Origin: Antedon mediterranea
Lineage: Eukaryota; Animalia; Echinodermata
Assembly: GCF_964355755.1 (NCBI RefSeq)
Contig: NC_092677.1
Coordinates: forward strand, 1,200,101 to 1,264,100
DNA: 64,000 bases
Reading direction: 5' to 3'
Shown here piece after piece: positions 51,688-63,271 of this stretch (its first letter is position 1; each line of letters starts with the position of its first letter). Both the position numbers and the translations under genes were made by a program. Below the pieces are notes generated by a model. It searched no databases. It saw only the letters and a program-made list of their open reading frames with translations, and was not told the origin of the DNA.

Positions 51688-52008
51688 CTATTATATAACA
51701 CCTATATAAATTCCTGTCATTTGATTGGACGAATGTGGGTCACATGGCGTGCAATAGTACGCACTATTCAACGATCGTTAAATAGTACTTTTTGAAACAT
51801 TTTTGTGTACGAAAAAAAAACGTCTAGATGTTATATAAAACAAATAATGAATGTTTTGTATTCGTGTAATGGTACAAATAATGGCACTTGGTGAATGATG
51901 AAAGGTTATATCAACTCGGCTTTGCCTCGTTGATATAACCTTTCATCATTCACCTCGTGCCATTATTTGTACCATTGCACTCATAAACATTCATTATTTG
52001 TATAATAG
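51688..52008. mobile_element. Non-autonomous element with a long internal hairpin
   Basis: Ends ctattata..tataatag; approx. 75-bp arms 51841-51916 / 51929-52000 around cggctttgcctcg. Confidence 0.65.
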
Positions 52009-54381
52009 TTCATAAACTTTGATGATTTGAACAGTTATTAACTAAATATATTTTGCTTGTAAAGTAAATATATCTCTATTTATGGTAGGTTTATGGCACG
52101 TCAGGATGGACATACATAGTCATGTCCGTCCTAGCATGCCATATATGTTCAAACGCTAGTTTATAGGTTAGCTATAAAATACTGTAAAGGCCTGTAACAT
52201 CGTGACAGTACTCATGCTGCTTTAATGTCGCTGTGCTACTAATTGTGAAAATACAGTAGTTATATATACATATATGTTTTCAGTATTTTTTGTTTGTGTT
52301 GTTTGCATTTCCTATAATTTTGTTTCCAGAAATGACAAAAAAAAAACTCTCTTGACATCAACACAATGTTTAATAAATGGTAGGCCTACTAGACATACAG
52401 CACATGTTTGTAGCAAGCTATCTTTAAATATAAGTAACAAGCTTTATCTTTTATAACACCAAATCAACGTAGCTACCCTAAACTAAAAAAAAAACATGCA
52501 ATAAAAGTGCACAATATGCAGTATTTATAATAATTACTGCACAATTTTTTTTAGTTTTAGGTACACATGCACAAACTACATCTGTGACAGTGGGTGGTGA
52601 TACAGTTAAAGTTGGTGAGGTTGCGACGATGACGTGTAGTTATACACTTCAAGCGGAGATGTCTTGAATCAACTTGTTTGGTTCAGAGTAGATGATGGAA
52701 AAAACTATCTCGTATCTTTAGTTGAAACAAGCAATGGTCGTTATAACTTATCTAATGACAAAGATCTTATGATAAGTAATGTTGAAGTAAATGATGCAGG
52801 AAATTATTTTTGTACAATTTAGACACAAACGTTTCAAATTGCTGACTACTATGGTGAACTTATAGTCCAATGTGAGTTTGTCATTTCTTTGTCATAAAAG
52901 TTAAATACACAAACTCTGTTCGACAATCTTCAAATTACAATAAATAATTATAATTAAAAATTATCAAAATGAAAATAAAGCTGTGTTTATGGTATTACAT
53001 TTAATAGTCAAATTGTCTATTACACCGCAGATCTTGACACACCAGTTGTGACTCCAGCTCAATTGTCTGAGCTGCCAATATGGATGAAACAGCATTGTTT
53101 TCTACTGTACCTGTTGGATTCCCAACATCAATTACCATCACATGGATCAAAGATGACGTCGAACTTTATGTTTCTGATATAGAAAAGTATCCGTTTTCTG
53201 ATGCAACATTAACGATAAAGAATGTAAATGAGACAGATGCAGGAAGTTATAAGTGTATAGCAGAGAATGCTGCTTACATGGGAGAAGAAGGAAAAGGTAG
53301 TAATACTGCCACACTGTCAATGGGTTGGTTGGAAAACAAACTTGTTATAACTGCTGATACAGCAATATCATATTTTATTGATATTTTCTACAAGGACCAA
53401 ATTGCCTTTCATAATAATTGGTTAATATTCCTATTATGTTACGTGGTAATGAAAATGAAGCACAGCTACACAACAAAAACTGTTGGAAGTTGGGGGAAAT
53501 GTTTGGAAAAAGAAAGGGAAATGTTTTAATACTGATTGGTGTGAAACGATATTCTTTTTTTTTTAGTTATAAAAGGCTTTTTGTGATATGACGTGTTACT
53601 AATATTGCTTGTTTCTCTATTTCTTTAGCACTGACGACAACATCTTTTATATCCAGTAAGTCAACTACACGTAGGTTGTGTTTTTTTGTATTGTATTGTG
53701 TAAATTTCCGGGTTTTTGCATTTGCGAAAAGAAAAAAGGGATAGAAATGGGAAGGGATATCCCCGCTCCATCTCATGATTAGTATCACGCATTAAAAGGG
53801 AAAGTAATGATGACCTTTGTATATTTGTCAACACTAAATTATTGTAAACACGTTTAAAGCACATGGAAACACTAATCCTTCTGTATTATTTGTTCAGTTT
53901 TAAATACAGAAGTTCCAAAGAGTGAGAATGATTGTAATTCAACTGGTCTTGTTGTTGGAATGACGTTTGTTGGTGTGCTCATTGGATTTATTATCTGTTT
54001 GATTGTGGTTTTTATCCTCAGCAAAATAAGGAAGTCACATGCACAGGTAAAGTATAATTCAGAAAGTAGAACCAAAAGCAAAAGTGTAGATTTAAAATTA
54101 CCAAAGGTTTAATGAAATACCGCACACTTAAGTAATGGAAACTATTTTAACATTAAATATGATGGTTTATTTTGAAGGTACCTACATCGAAAAACACCAA
54201 CCAATCAGGGGTAAGGATGCCATACTTCAACTTTAAGTATTCACTTTACTCATCAACATCATCCTTATCATTTATTATTATTACTCTTGTCACCAATATA
54301 TCAATAAAGGTTTGCACGATTTTCATTCTTTTGTCATGCAATAAACGTTGTATTATTTTTTGCACAGGCGTATATGACTTA

Positions 54382-54823
54382 GCCCCTTTCACACAGAGCT
54401 GTAAGACGGTAATATTGCGGTAATTTGCGAACGCCGGCTTATGTGTGAAAGGGTAAAAACCCCTTAATGCCGGCTTCCGTTAGACCGCCTCTGGACCTGG
54501 TAAAATTGCGGTAATATTACCGTCACGGTCGTAAGCCTGAGTCCACGATATAACGCCTGCTTACGCAGTGAAGCAAGGCAAAGAATATAATATTCTTTGA
54601 GCAAGGATAAATTCGGGACATTTTCCTTGATTGAGAAAGACTGTGGCAATTACTTTAGGCCAAATTATTTGATTATATCCATTATATATATATATATTTT
54701 TAGGTTAGTTTGTAAATAATACAATGGAAGAATACGGCCAATAATAATAAAAATATAACAGATGTTGGTCCAAAGATTATTTAACTTGCTGTAACGTACG
54801 TAAGCCTAGGCCCTAGTTAGCAT

Positions 54824-54858
<35 letters not shown>

Positions 54859-55780
54859 CAGATTTCAGATAATATTTATTTAGATAATAATGAATGAATA
54901 TATACAAAATAGAAAAAAGATATTAAAGTGAACATAGATAAAGCAGTAATAATTGGTAGTCATTATTATCATGGATCCCTTCTAGAAGTTAAAAACTTGT
55001 CTCGTAGGGACCCACAACAAAACACATTACTAAAAAAATAAAAATAACCTAGAATATATAATTATATAATTTAGGATAAAAAATTACAGTATAATAACAT
55101 AACTAACATCTTCTTTATAAAAATTATTTAAATTATATTTCAATAATTTCATGATAATAGTTCTAGCAGGAACATCCTCCGGTGCGCGCTCCCGGTGCTA
55201 GCTCATACCGTAACAGCTTCTGATAATTAAATTCGCGTCTATTTGTAGGCCTAATAGATTTTGTTTCTGTAGAATGGCCATCACGATCGGGCCGTTATTA
55301 GCACGGAGTGGTGTTGGAGCGCGCACCGGCGGATGTTCCTGCTAGGACTATGCTAACTAGGGCCTAGGCTTACGTATACAACGTTACAGCAAGTTAAATA
55401 ATCTTTGGACCAATGGCAATATATGTTATATTTTTTTTATTATTGGCCGTATTCTTCCATTGTATTATTTACAAACTAACCTAAATATATATATATGGAT
55501 ATAATCTAATAATTTGGCCTAAAGTAATTGCCACAGTCTTTCTCAATCAAGGAAAATGTCCCGAATTTATCCTTGCTTCACTGCGTAAGCAGGCGTTATA
55601 TCGTGGACTCTTTCACACAGATCAGGCTTACGACCGTGACGGTAATATTACCGCAATTTTACTAGGTCCAGAGGTGGTCTAACGGAAGCCGGCATTAAGG
55701 GGTTTTTACCCTTTCACACATAAGCCGGCGTTCGCGAATTACCGCAATATTACCGTCTTACAGCTCTGTGTGAAAGGGGC
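54382..55780. mobile_element. Foldback MITE (PIF/Harbinger-like) inserted in the terminal exon of gene G
   Basis: TIRs gcccctttcacacagagctgtaagacggtaatattgcggtaa.. extend about 440 bp (54382-54825 vs 55347-55780) plus inner arms 55163-55200 / 55310-55346; TTA TSD at 54379-54381 and 55781-55783. Confidence 0.9.
54826..55156 (-). mobile_element. Short poly(A)-tailed retroposon 3' fragment nested in the MITE
   Basis: T33 tract at 54826-54858, interrupts one arm of the palindrome, flanked by an atagtt-like duplication. Confidence 0.65.
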
Positions 55781-56055
55781 TTATATGACTTATACAAGAG
55801 TATATGACTTATACAAGAGTATATGACTTACACTGGAGAGACGGATAAAGAAACAAACCATACATACCAAGATTTACAGAAGAAAGACGATAATCAAGCT
55901 GTATATGTAAATGTTAAAGCCAAAAAGGGCAAAAAATAATATACATGTTTAAAATAAAAATTAAATAAATATATTATCATTATCATTATTCTTATTATTA
56001 ATGGAATATCATTATAATGGTTTGAAACTACAATCCTTCTGTATTACTTGTTCAG

Positions 56056-56631
56056 TTTTAAATACAGAAGTTCCAAAGAGTGAGAATGATTGTAATTCAA
56101 CTGGTCTTGTTGTTGTAATGACGTTTGTTGGTGTGCTCATTGGATTCATTATCTGTTTGCTTGTGGTTGTTATCCTCAGCAAAATAAGGAAGTCACATGC
56201 AAAGGTAAAGTATAATTCATAAAGTAGAACAAAAAGCAAAAGTGTAGACTTAAAATTATCAAAGGTTTAATGAAATACCGCACACTTAAGTAATGGACAC
56301 TATTTTAACATTAGATATGATGTTTTATTTTGAAGTTACCTACATCGAAAAACACCAACCAAACAGGGCCATGGGTAAGGATGTTACTTCAACTTTAAAT
56401 ATTCACTTTACTCATCATAATCATCATCATTTATTATTACTATTGTCACCAATATATCAATAAAGGTTTACACGATTTTCATTCTTTTTTCATTTTTTTT
56501 AGCAGCAGGCGTCAATGACTTACACTGGAAAGACAGATAAAGAAACAACCCACACATACCAAGATTTACGGAAGAAAGAAGATAATCAAGCTGTATATGT
56601 AAATGTTAAAGCCAAAAAGGGCAAAAAATAA
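56056..56631 (+). pseudogene. Orphan TM + cytoplasmic-tail module of the Ig receptor family (no leader or Ig exons)
   Basis: Exons 56056-56204 (stalk+TM), 56336-56374, 56503-56631 (QQASMTYTGKTDKETTHTYQDLRKKEDNQAVYVNVKAKKGKK*), all in frame; joined directly to the 3' UTR of gene G. Confidence 0.8.
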
Positions 56632-58492
56632 TGAATGTTAAAATAAAAATAAATAATTTTTATTATGAATTGGTTTAAATCTTCAATCACATACCTCTTG
56701 TTGATATTATTATAGAAATAAAGAGAAATCATAATCTGTAGAAAGTGTTTTCTTTTCTCTTGATGTAACTCTTTAACGCGTACCGTACAAATTTAATAAC
56801 AAGGAAATGTGAATGCTGCAATTTGTATCATCATTAAAAAAAAAACCTATATATATTTTTTTTTTCTTACGGGTAGGCCTACATTGACATAATAAATGAC
56901 TATACCAGGAAAATAAATTAGACAATCAATGCTTTTAACACCAATACGCGTGTAATTTATATTATCATAGCGTTATTTAATTCAATTTAACTTTGAGATG
57001 TGCATTTGGTTGCTTGCTGCCATATTTTTTCAAAGAGTTGAGTAATGTTCAAATTTGAAACGGAAAAATTTAATTATAGGTACAAATTGGACGGAGGTTT
57101 TAAAATTGGATGCGATTGAGGTTCATTTCTTTTAAAGAAAGACCATCAAGAAAGTTTGCACTGTTTGAACGCATTGTATAAATAAGGCCTAAAACCATGT
57201 GTTTAAATAATGGTTACTAATTGAAAAGATTAATTTGATCAACTTGATTTGGACGAAAGTACAGTGCACTATAATTATGAAGGAAGTAAATACCTGTACA
57301 ATATATCACAAGTGTGAATGGCAGTCATGACAAAGAAAGGAACAATCAATATTTCAGTATACGATGTTAGAGTATGGTAGAGTACAAGACAATAGTGAAA
57401 TAGTCATCACCTAATAAAGTGGAAAAGATTTCCATATTCTATAGAATTGCGATAGAGGTGAAAAGTTCAAATGCGATGATTTTCCTGATTATTCAACTTT
57501 GTGGATGTAAGTACAAAATATTGAAAATATATCTTCCCATTTTTCACAAAAAGACGCAATCTTAAATTGCAGTATTTATAATAATTACTGTACAGTTATA
57601 TTTTAGTTTTAGGTACACATGCACAAACTTCGTCTGTGACAGTGGGTGGTGATACAGTTAAAGTTGGTGAGGATGCGGCGATGACGTGTAATTATACACT
57701 TCAAGCGGGAGATGTCTTGAATCAACTTGTTTGGTTCAGAGCAGAGGATGATGGTACTCCAGAGTTAGGAAACCCTCTGGTATCTTTAGTTGAAACAAGC
57801 AATGGTCGTTATAGCTTATCTAATGACAAGGATCTTATGATAAGTGTCGTTGAAGTAAATGATGCAGGAAATTATCTGTGTAGAATTGTAACACAAAATG
57901 TTCAAATTGCTGACGACATGATCAACTTATAGTCCAATGTGAGTATAGGCTAATTCATTGTCAGTGAAGCTATAATCGGTATAGTACTGTTTTTAGCAGC
58001 TTTTGTTCGTTTGTTAATAAGCAATCACTAATTAACAACTACATTTCCTAATTTATCTTTTTTGAAATCTGTTTTGTTGATTTTACAGTAAATAGAGGTA
58101 GAGGGCGCTTCATGGTGGTTGGACGTGTTTCTGAAGTTGTAAAAGTTTTGAGTCTTGTTTGCTGGTTTTGTATAGTTTATAGTTACATAAAGTCTCCATT
58201 ACTCTTCTTATTGCTACAAATGTAGCTTAAGCCCTTGTATTATTCGATTTATCTTTCGATTGGAGAGATTTTTTGAGATTGTCTTTGCTAGGCCTGTGTT
58301 TGTGGTTGGACGAATATCTGTTATCGGAAAGTCTTTGAATCTTGTTTGCTAGTTTACTTTCATATCATTATCATTCCTATTCTTATGGCTTCAAATTTCT
58401 GCTTGAGCTCTTACTGTATTCTAAGGACTGGTAAGATTTTTATTTTTTAGATTGTCTTTCGCTAGGCCTAGGGTTGTGTAAGCAGTTAGGGC

Positions 58493-59377
58493 ATGGCTTC
58501 CAAAAGCAAAGATCAAGGTGCCAGGCCAAAGCCTAGATCACGTAATGCAAGAGGCACAGTTGATAAAACGGTAGTAGATATCGAGGGTGAAGACGAATGT
58601 GGTTCATGTGGTGGCCATTTTATGTCTGGTGGCAAATCGGTTTTATGCGGTCTTTGTAAGCTATGGTTCCACATAGATTGTCAGAAAATTAATGAAGCCA
58701 AATATAAGTGGCTATCCAAAGATGACTCATCCATTTTTTGGTACTGTAGGAGCTGCTCAGTCTCAGTAGGCAATTTCATGGGTCTTATTAATAATGTTAA
58801 TGAGACACAAAAAACCATGATTAAAACAATTGAAGCAATTAAATCTGAGGTAGAGATCAATAAAGAGGATATTAAAAAGTTATTCCAGTCATCTAGTGTT
58901 GTTAATAATGAGGATGTTAAGACAATAATTGAAAATAGAATTAAGGATGAAAATGAGAGATTGAAAAGAAAATCTAATTTGATGCTATATAGAATAGATG
59001 AGTCCAAGAGTAATGACTCAGATAGAAGAAAAAATGATGACCTCAGTAAATTGGCAGGTATTTTCGAGGATATTGACCTAGAGGTCGAAATGAGAACATT
59101 TTTCCGGGTGGGTAAACACAGAGAAGATGGGTGCCGCCCTATAAAGGTAGTTTTCAAGAAGGAATGTATCAAAAGAGATGCCTTTGAAATTGCTATACAA
59201 AAAAAGTGCGCAGTAAGTAATGATAGAACAATAAAGGAACGTGATGAGTATAATAAACTTAGGGACATATTGAGGGATAGGCAAAGCAAAGGGGAAAAAG
59301 ACTTGGTAATTAGAAGGGGGAAAATAACTCGGTTTCGTTCCCAAAGCACTACCCAATCGGAAGAGAACACTGCCTAA
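58493..59377 (+). CDS. LINE ORF1 protein with PHD finger and coiled coil
   Basis: C-x2-C..C-x2-C-x4-H-x2-C..W-x-C-x2-C (CGSC, CGLCKLWFHIDC, WYCRSC), then coiled coil and RKSNLMLY..RVGK..RPIKV as in CR1-clade ORF1. Confidence 0.9.
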   Translation: MASKSKDQGARPKPRSRNARGTVDKTVVDIEGEDECGSCGGHFMSGGKSVLCGLCKLWFHIDCQKINEAKYKWLSKDDSSIFWYCRSCSVSVGNFMGLINNVNETQKTMIKTIEAIKSEVEINKEDIKKLFQSSSVVNNEDVKTIIENRIKDENERLKRKSNLMLYRIDESKSNDSDRRKNDDLSKLAGIFEDIDLEVEMRTFFRVGKHREDGCRPIKVVFKKECIKRDAFEIAIQKKCAVSNDRTIKERDEYNKLRDILRDRQSKGEKDLVIRRGKITRFRSQSTTQSEENTA

Positions 59378-59423
59378 CAATGTAAGTTCTACGCAGTCAG
59401 AAGATGTTAATGATTTTTTTAAT

Positions 59424-62288
59424 GTGTTTTATACAAATTGTGATTCCCTTCTAAATAAGAAGAATGAGCTTCTGTTGCGTTTATCTTCAGAGAAAGTAGA
59501 TATCATTGCTTTGACTGAGATTCTACCAAAGAAGTACTTTTTTGAATTGTCTATAGAGGAGTTTCATATCCCTGGTTTTCAGATGTTTTTGCCAAATGAA
59601 AAGCTTTCATCTGGTAGAGGAGTTGTTATTTATGTTCGAAATGGGATGTCTGCCACTCCGGTTTTGTTTAAAGATATTTTGTTTGAGGAATCCATGTTTG
59701 TTGAGATTAAAGTCAAGGATCGCACCTTTTTAATTGGATGTGTGTATAGAAGTGACGCCGGATCTAGTGTCAATAATTCTGCTTTGTGTTCTCTGTTTAG
59801 AAAAGTGGCATCCTTTTCTTGTTCTGATTTGATTATAGTTGGAGATTTCAATTATAGGAGTATTAATTGGGAGCTAGGATATGTGACTGGTGAAGATGGT
59901 AAAAATAGTCATAATTTTTTCGACACCATTAATGACTTATTTTTAGCTCAGCATGTACGAGACCCAACCCGTTACAGAATAGGAGAACAGGCCAATGTTC
60001 TGGACCTGGTACTTACATCTAATGAGGATTCTATTAGTGAGGTCCTTCAAGCTCCACCATTAGGTAAGAGTGATCATATGGTACTTCAATTTAAAATTCC
60101 AGTTAATTTAATCAAAGAAGAGGTGGTAGAGGTTAGAAATTATTTCCATGCTGATTATGATAAGTTTCGTGGTTTTCTTGATGGTGTCGATTGGGACACT
60201 GAGTTATTGGATAAGGACGGGTTACACTCGCACGGTTCTTTTGATGAGATCTTATCTAGAGGTATGGAACAGTTTGTTCCAAAGTGTAAGAAACACTTGT
60301 CTGGAAATGTTAAGAGACCTTTGTGGTATACTAAGGAGGTTGATAAGTCTATTAAACAGAAGAATAAATGCTGGAAACAGTATATCAAAGCAAAACGTAA
60401 AGGGCATGACTGTGCTTGTGTCAAATGGAACACGTTTATTAGAGTAAGGAATGATACTGTCAATTTGATTAAGAGTTCTAAAAGCATCTTCGAAAATAAG
60501 ATTGCAAATGAGGTTAAAGTCAATGAAAAGTCTTTTTGGCGCTATGTAAATTCTCAGTTAAACACCAGATCTGGTATTCCTACTCTTAGAAATGTTGAAG
60601 GTAAACTTGTTGTAGATGACCAAGATAAAGCCGAGTCTTTTAATTCTTTTTTTAGCAGTGTCTTTTGTAAGGAGAACTTATCGAATGTTCCGAATCTTGA
60701 TAAAAAGATTGAGGCTTCTTTGTCAGATATTGAGTTTAATGTAGAAGATATTCATAAGCTGTTGTCTAACTTAGTTATAGATAAGTCAGCTGGCCCTGAT
60801 GGCTTTCACCCACGGGTTTTGATTGAATTAAAGGATCAAATTGCTTACCCTCTCAGTCTAATATTCACTAGATTATTCAATGATCAGAAGGTCCCTCTAT
60901 CGTGGAAGGAGGCAATTGTAATACCTATATTTAAGAAAGGCAAAAAGGAGGACCCGGCTAACTACAGACCGGTTAGTTTAACGTCGGTCATAGGGAAAAT
61001 GATGGAAAGGATTAATAGGGATAAACTTGTAATGTATCTTGAGAGTAATGGTCTTTTGTGCAATGAGCAATTTGGATTCAGACAAGGTAGATCATGTGCA
61101 TTACAACTACTTGATGTCCTGGAGAGTTGGACTACTAACCTGGATAACCATGATAGCTTTGATTGTGTCTATTTAGACTATAAAAAGGCCTTTGATAGTG
61201 TGCCACACCAAAGGCTTCTAGTCAAATTGAAAGGTTTTGGTATTACGGGAAATCTACTAGGATGGTTCTCTAATTATTTGTCAAATAGAACACAACGAGT
61301 TAGTGTCAATGGTCAATTGTCATCACAGGCTCCAGTATAAAGTGGAATTCCACAGGGTAGCGTTGTGGGCCCAATCTTATTTTCAATCTTCATTAACGAT
61401 TTACCTGATGTTGTCGAATCTAGTATACGTTTATTTGCAGACGACACCAAGTTGTATAGAAAGGTCAATAACATTGATGATGCAGATTTATTTCAAAGAG
61501 ACATTGACAGTGCTTCCCATTGGTCTAATGTTTGGCAATTGCCTTTTAATGACACTAAGTGTAAGGTATTTCATTATGGTCGTGATAATCCCAATTTCTT
61601 GTATTCAATGGCTGGTAATTTACTACATGAGGTAAAGCAGGAGAAAGATCTAGGTGTTACCTTTGATCATAGTTTAATCTTTAATTTGCATGTAGCGGAT
61701 ATTTGTAAAAGAGCTAATAAGAAACTAGGAATGATTTATAGATCTTTTAAATTCTTGAATAAAGATGGATTTTTGAAGCTGTATAAGTCTATTGTCAGGC
61801 CAACGCTTGAATATTGTAACACTGTTTATAATCCTATTAGAAAACGAGATCAGGATGAAATAGAGAAGGTCCAGCAAAGAGCAACAAGATTGATTCCTAG
61901 GTACCGTAATATTCCTTATGAACAACGTTTGAGAATTCTTGGTCTTCCTACCATGAGATATCGAAGGCAGAGAGCAGATATTATCCAAGTTTTTAGGATT
62001 GTTAAAGGTTTCGATCGTATTTCGATCAACACATTTTTTGAATTTGATCTAGAATCTCGGACCCGTGGACACCCATATAAACTCAAGTTTAAAAGCTCTC
62101 GTCTTAATATTAGGAGGGACACGTTCTCCAGGAGAGTTATTCTCTTATGGAATACTCTGCCTATGGATGTAGTTTCATGTGCTACGGTGAACTTGTTCAA
62201 AGCAAAACTTAACGTCGCATGGTCTAACCACCCGCTGAAGTTTTCACCCTATATAGAATATGATTTTATTGCTAAGAGGGGCTTTTAA
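59424..62288 (+). pseudogene. LINE ORF2 (AP endonuclease + reverse transcriptase) with a single in-frame stop
   Basis: APE motifs (LTE, VYRS, GDFN, LDL, SDH) and RT motifs (NYRPVSL, DYKKAFDSV, SGIPQGS, FADD, KDLG); ORFs 59424-61340 and 61365-62288 are in the same frame separated by TAA 61338-61340. Confidence 0.92.
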
Positions 62289-62649
62289 GCACTGAGTGCT
62301 TCGCCTCGATCCCGTAGACGAAAGTGTACGGGAAACAAGTAAACAAGTAAATGATCTTGTATTAGTTAGTTTTTACTGTTATGGAATAATTATTTAATAA
62401 CATTCAACGTTTTTTACATATTTGTTTTCCTTTTTTTTTTTCAATATTTTAGATTTATTAGTTTTCTTGTCATGTCGACAACTGTTCAGGTGGTCAATGC
62501 TTAAAGTAATTTTTAATTATTTTGATCTCCTTTCACACATCTTTTTTCTTTTCTTATAGTTCATATATCTGTTCATTTAGTTCAATATGTGGAAAATAAA
62601 TAAATGAAACAAACAGTTATACACATAACTTGTTAGACAATTCATTTTT

Positions 62650-63271
62650 AGACTTTCAGACCTTATCTTGATATCAGTTTAATCTAAGTCAATTTTTCAC
62701 AGTATATTCCTTATGGCCAGGAATCGATGTGGTTATGTTTTCACGGTGCGCAATAAAAAATTACGCGGTCTACGCACGATTTAACGAAATCACGTTTGTA
62801 ATCATATCTTCAATACCATGAATCACAATTAAAAAAAATTTGGTACTCATAAATTTCAGGGCATAAATCATCATATGGCAATACAATTACGTACGTAGCG
62901 CATGTAACGCATGCGTACGCGCGCTTAAAATTTTCAAAATTTATTTGCGATGAAATAAGAGTACGTTTCAGGCAATTTTAAGCGTTTACAAAATTGCCAT
63001 GAGTCCGCAGATTTTTGCGCGCGCACTGCGCGTTAAATGTTGTTACGCACTCTTTTTGCCCGATTTCTGTTTTCTTGACTTACTTTTCAACTCGAAATTA
63101 CGTTATACGAGCACGTCAAAAGTGACAGGCTACGCACTTGTAAATTAAAAAAATATAAATGTTTTTAAACATTTCAACATTTTTAAACATGTTCAGTAAT
63201 TTCGGTCAATTGGTCGGTCGGTCGGTAAACACTAATGAGCACGCGACTGCATCCATCTATATGGCCTTGTT
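62650..63271 (+). mobile_element. Helentron-associated element lacking its 5' module
   Basis: Reverse complement of 42238-42846; ends agcacgcgactgcatccatctatatggccttgtt. Confidence 0.75.

Larger units (their letters stand above)
51242..55939 (+). pseudogene. Gene G: IgV-IgC2 receptor pseudogene (V subtype beta)
   Basis: Signal exon 51242-51271 lacks its hydrophobic core; relic alpha-type V fragment 51358-51470; V 52555-52871 has a 1-nt deletion (TGA 52665-52667); C2 53031-53323 is frameshifted and lacks the first Cys; 53629-53655, TM 53898-54046 and 54178-54210 are intact; last exon is split by a MITE. Confidence 0.85.
58094..62345 (+). mobile_element. Full-length CR1-type non-LTR retrotransposon
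   Basis: 5' UTR with two imperfect repeats, ORF1, APE-RT ORF2, 3' (aaacaagt)2; AGTAAAT on both sides (58087-58093, 62346-62352); empty site visible in gene E at 44281 (ttttacagtaaatgatcttg). Confidence 0.95.

Noticed and set aside
58681-60523. Minus-strand ORFs (229, 100, 73, 122 aa) inside the LINE
   Set aside because: Antisense shadows of ORF1/ORF2 with no recognisable motifs.
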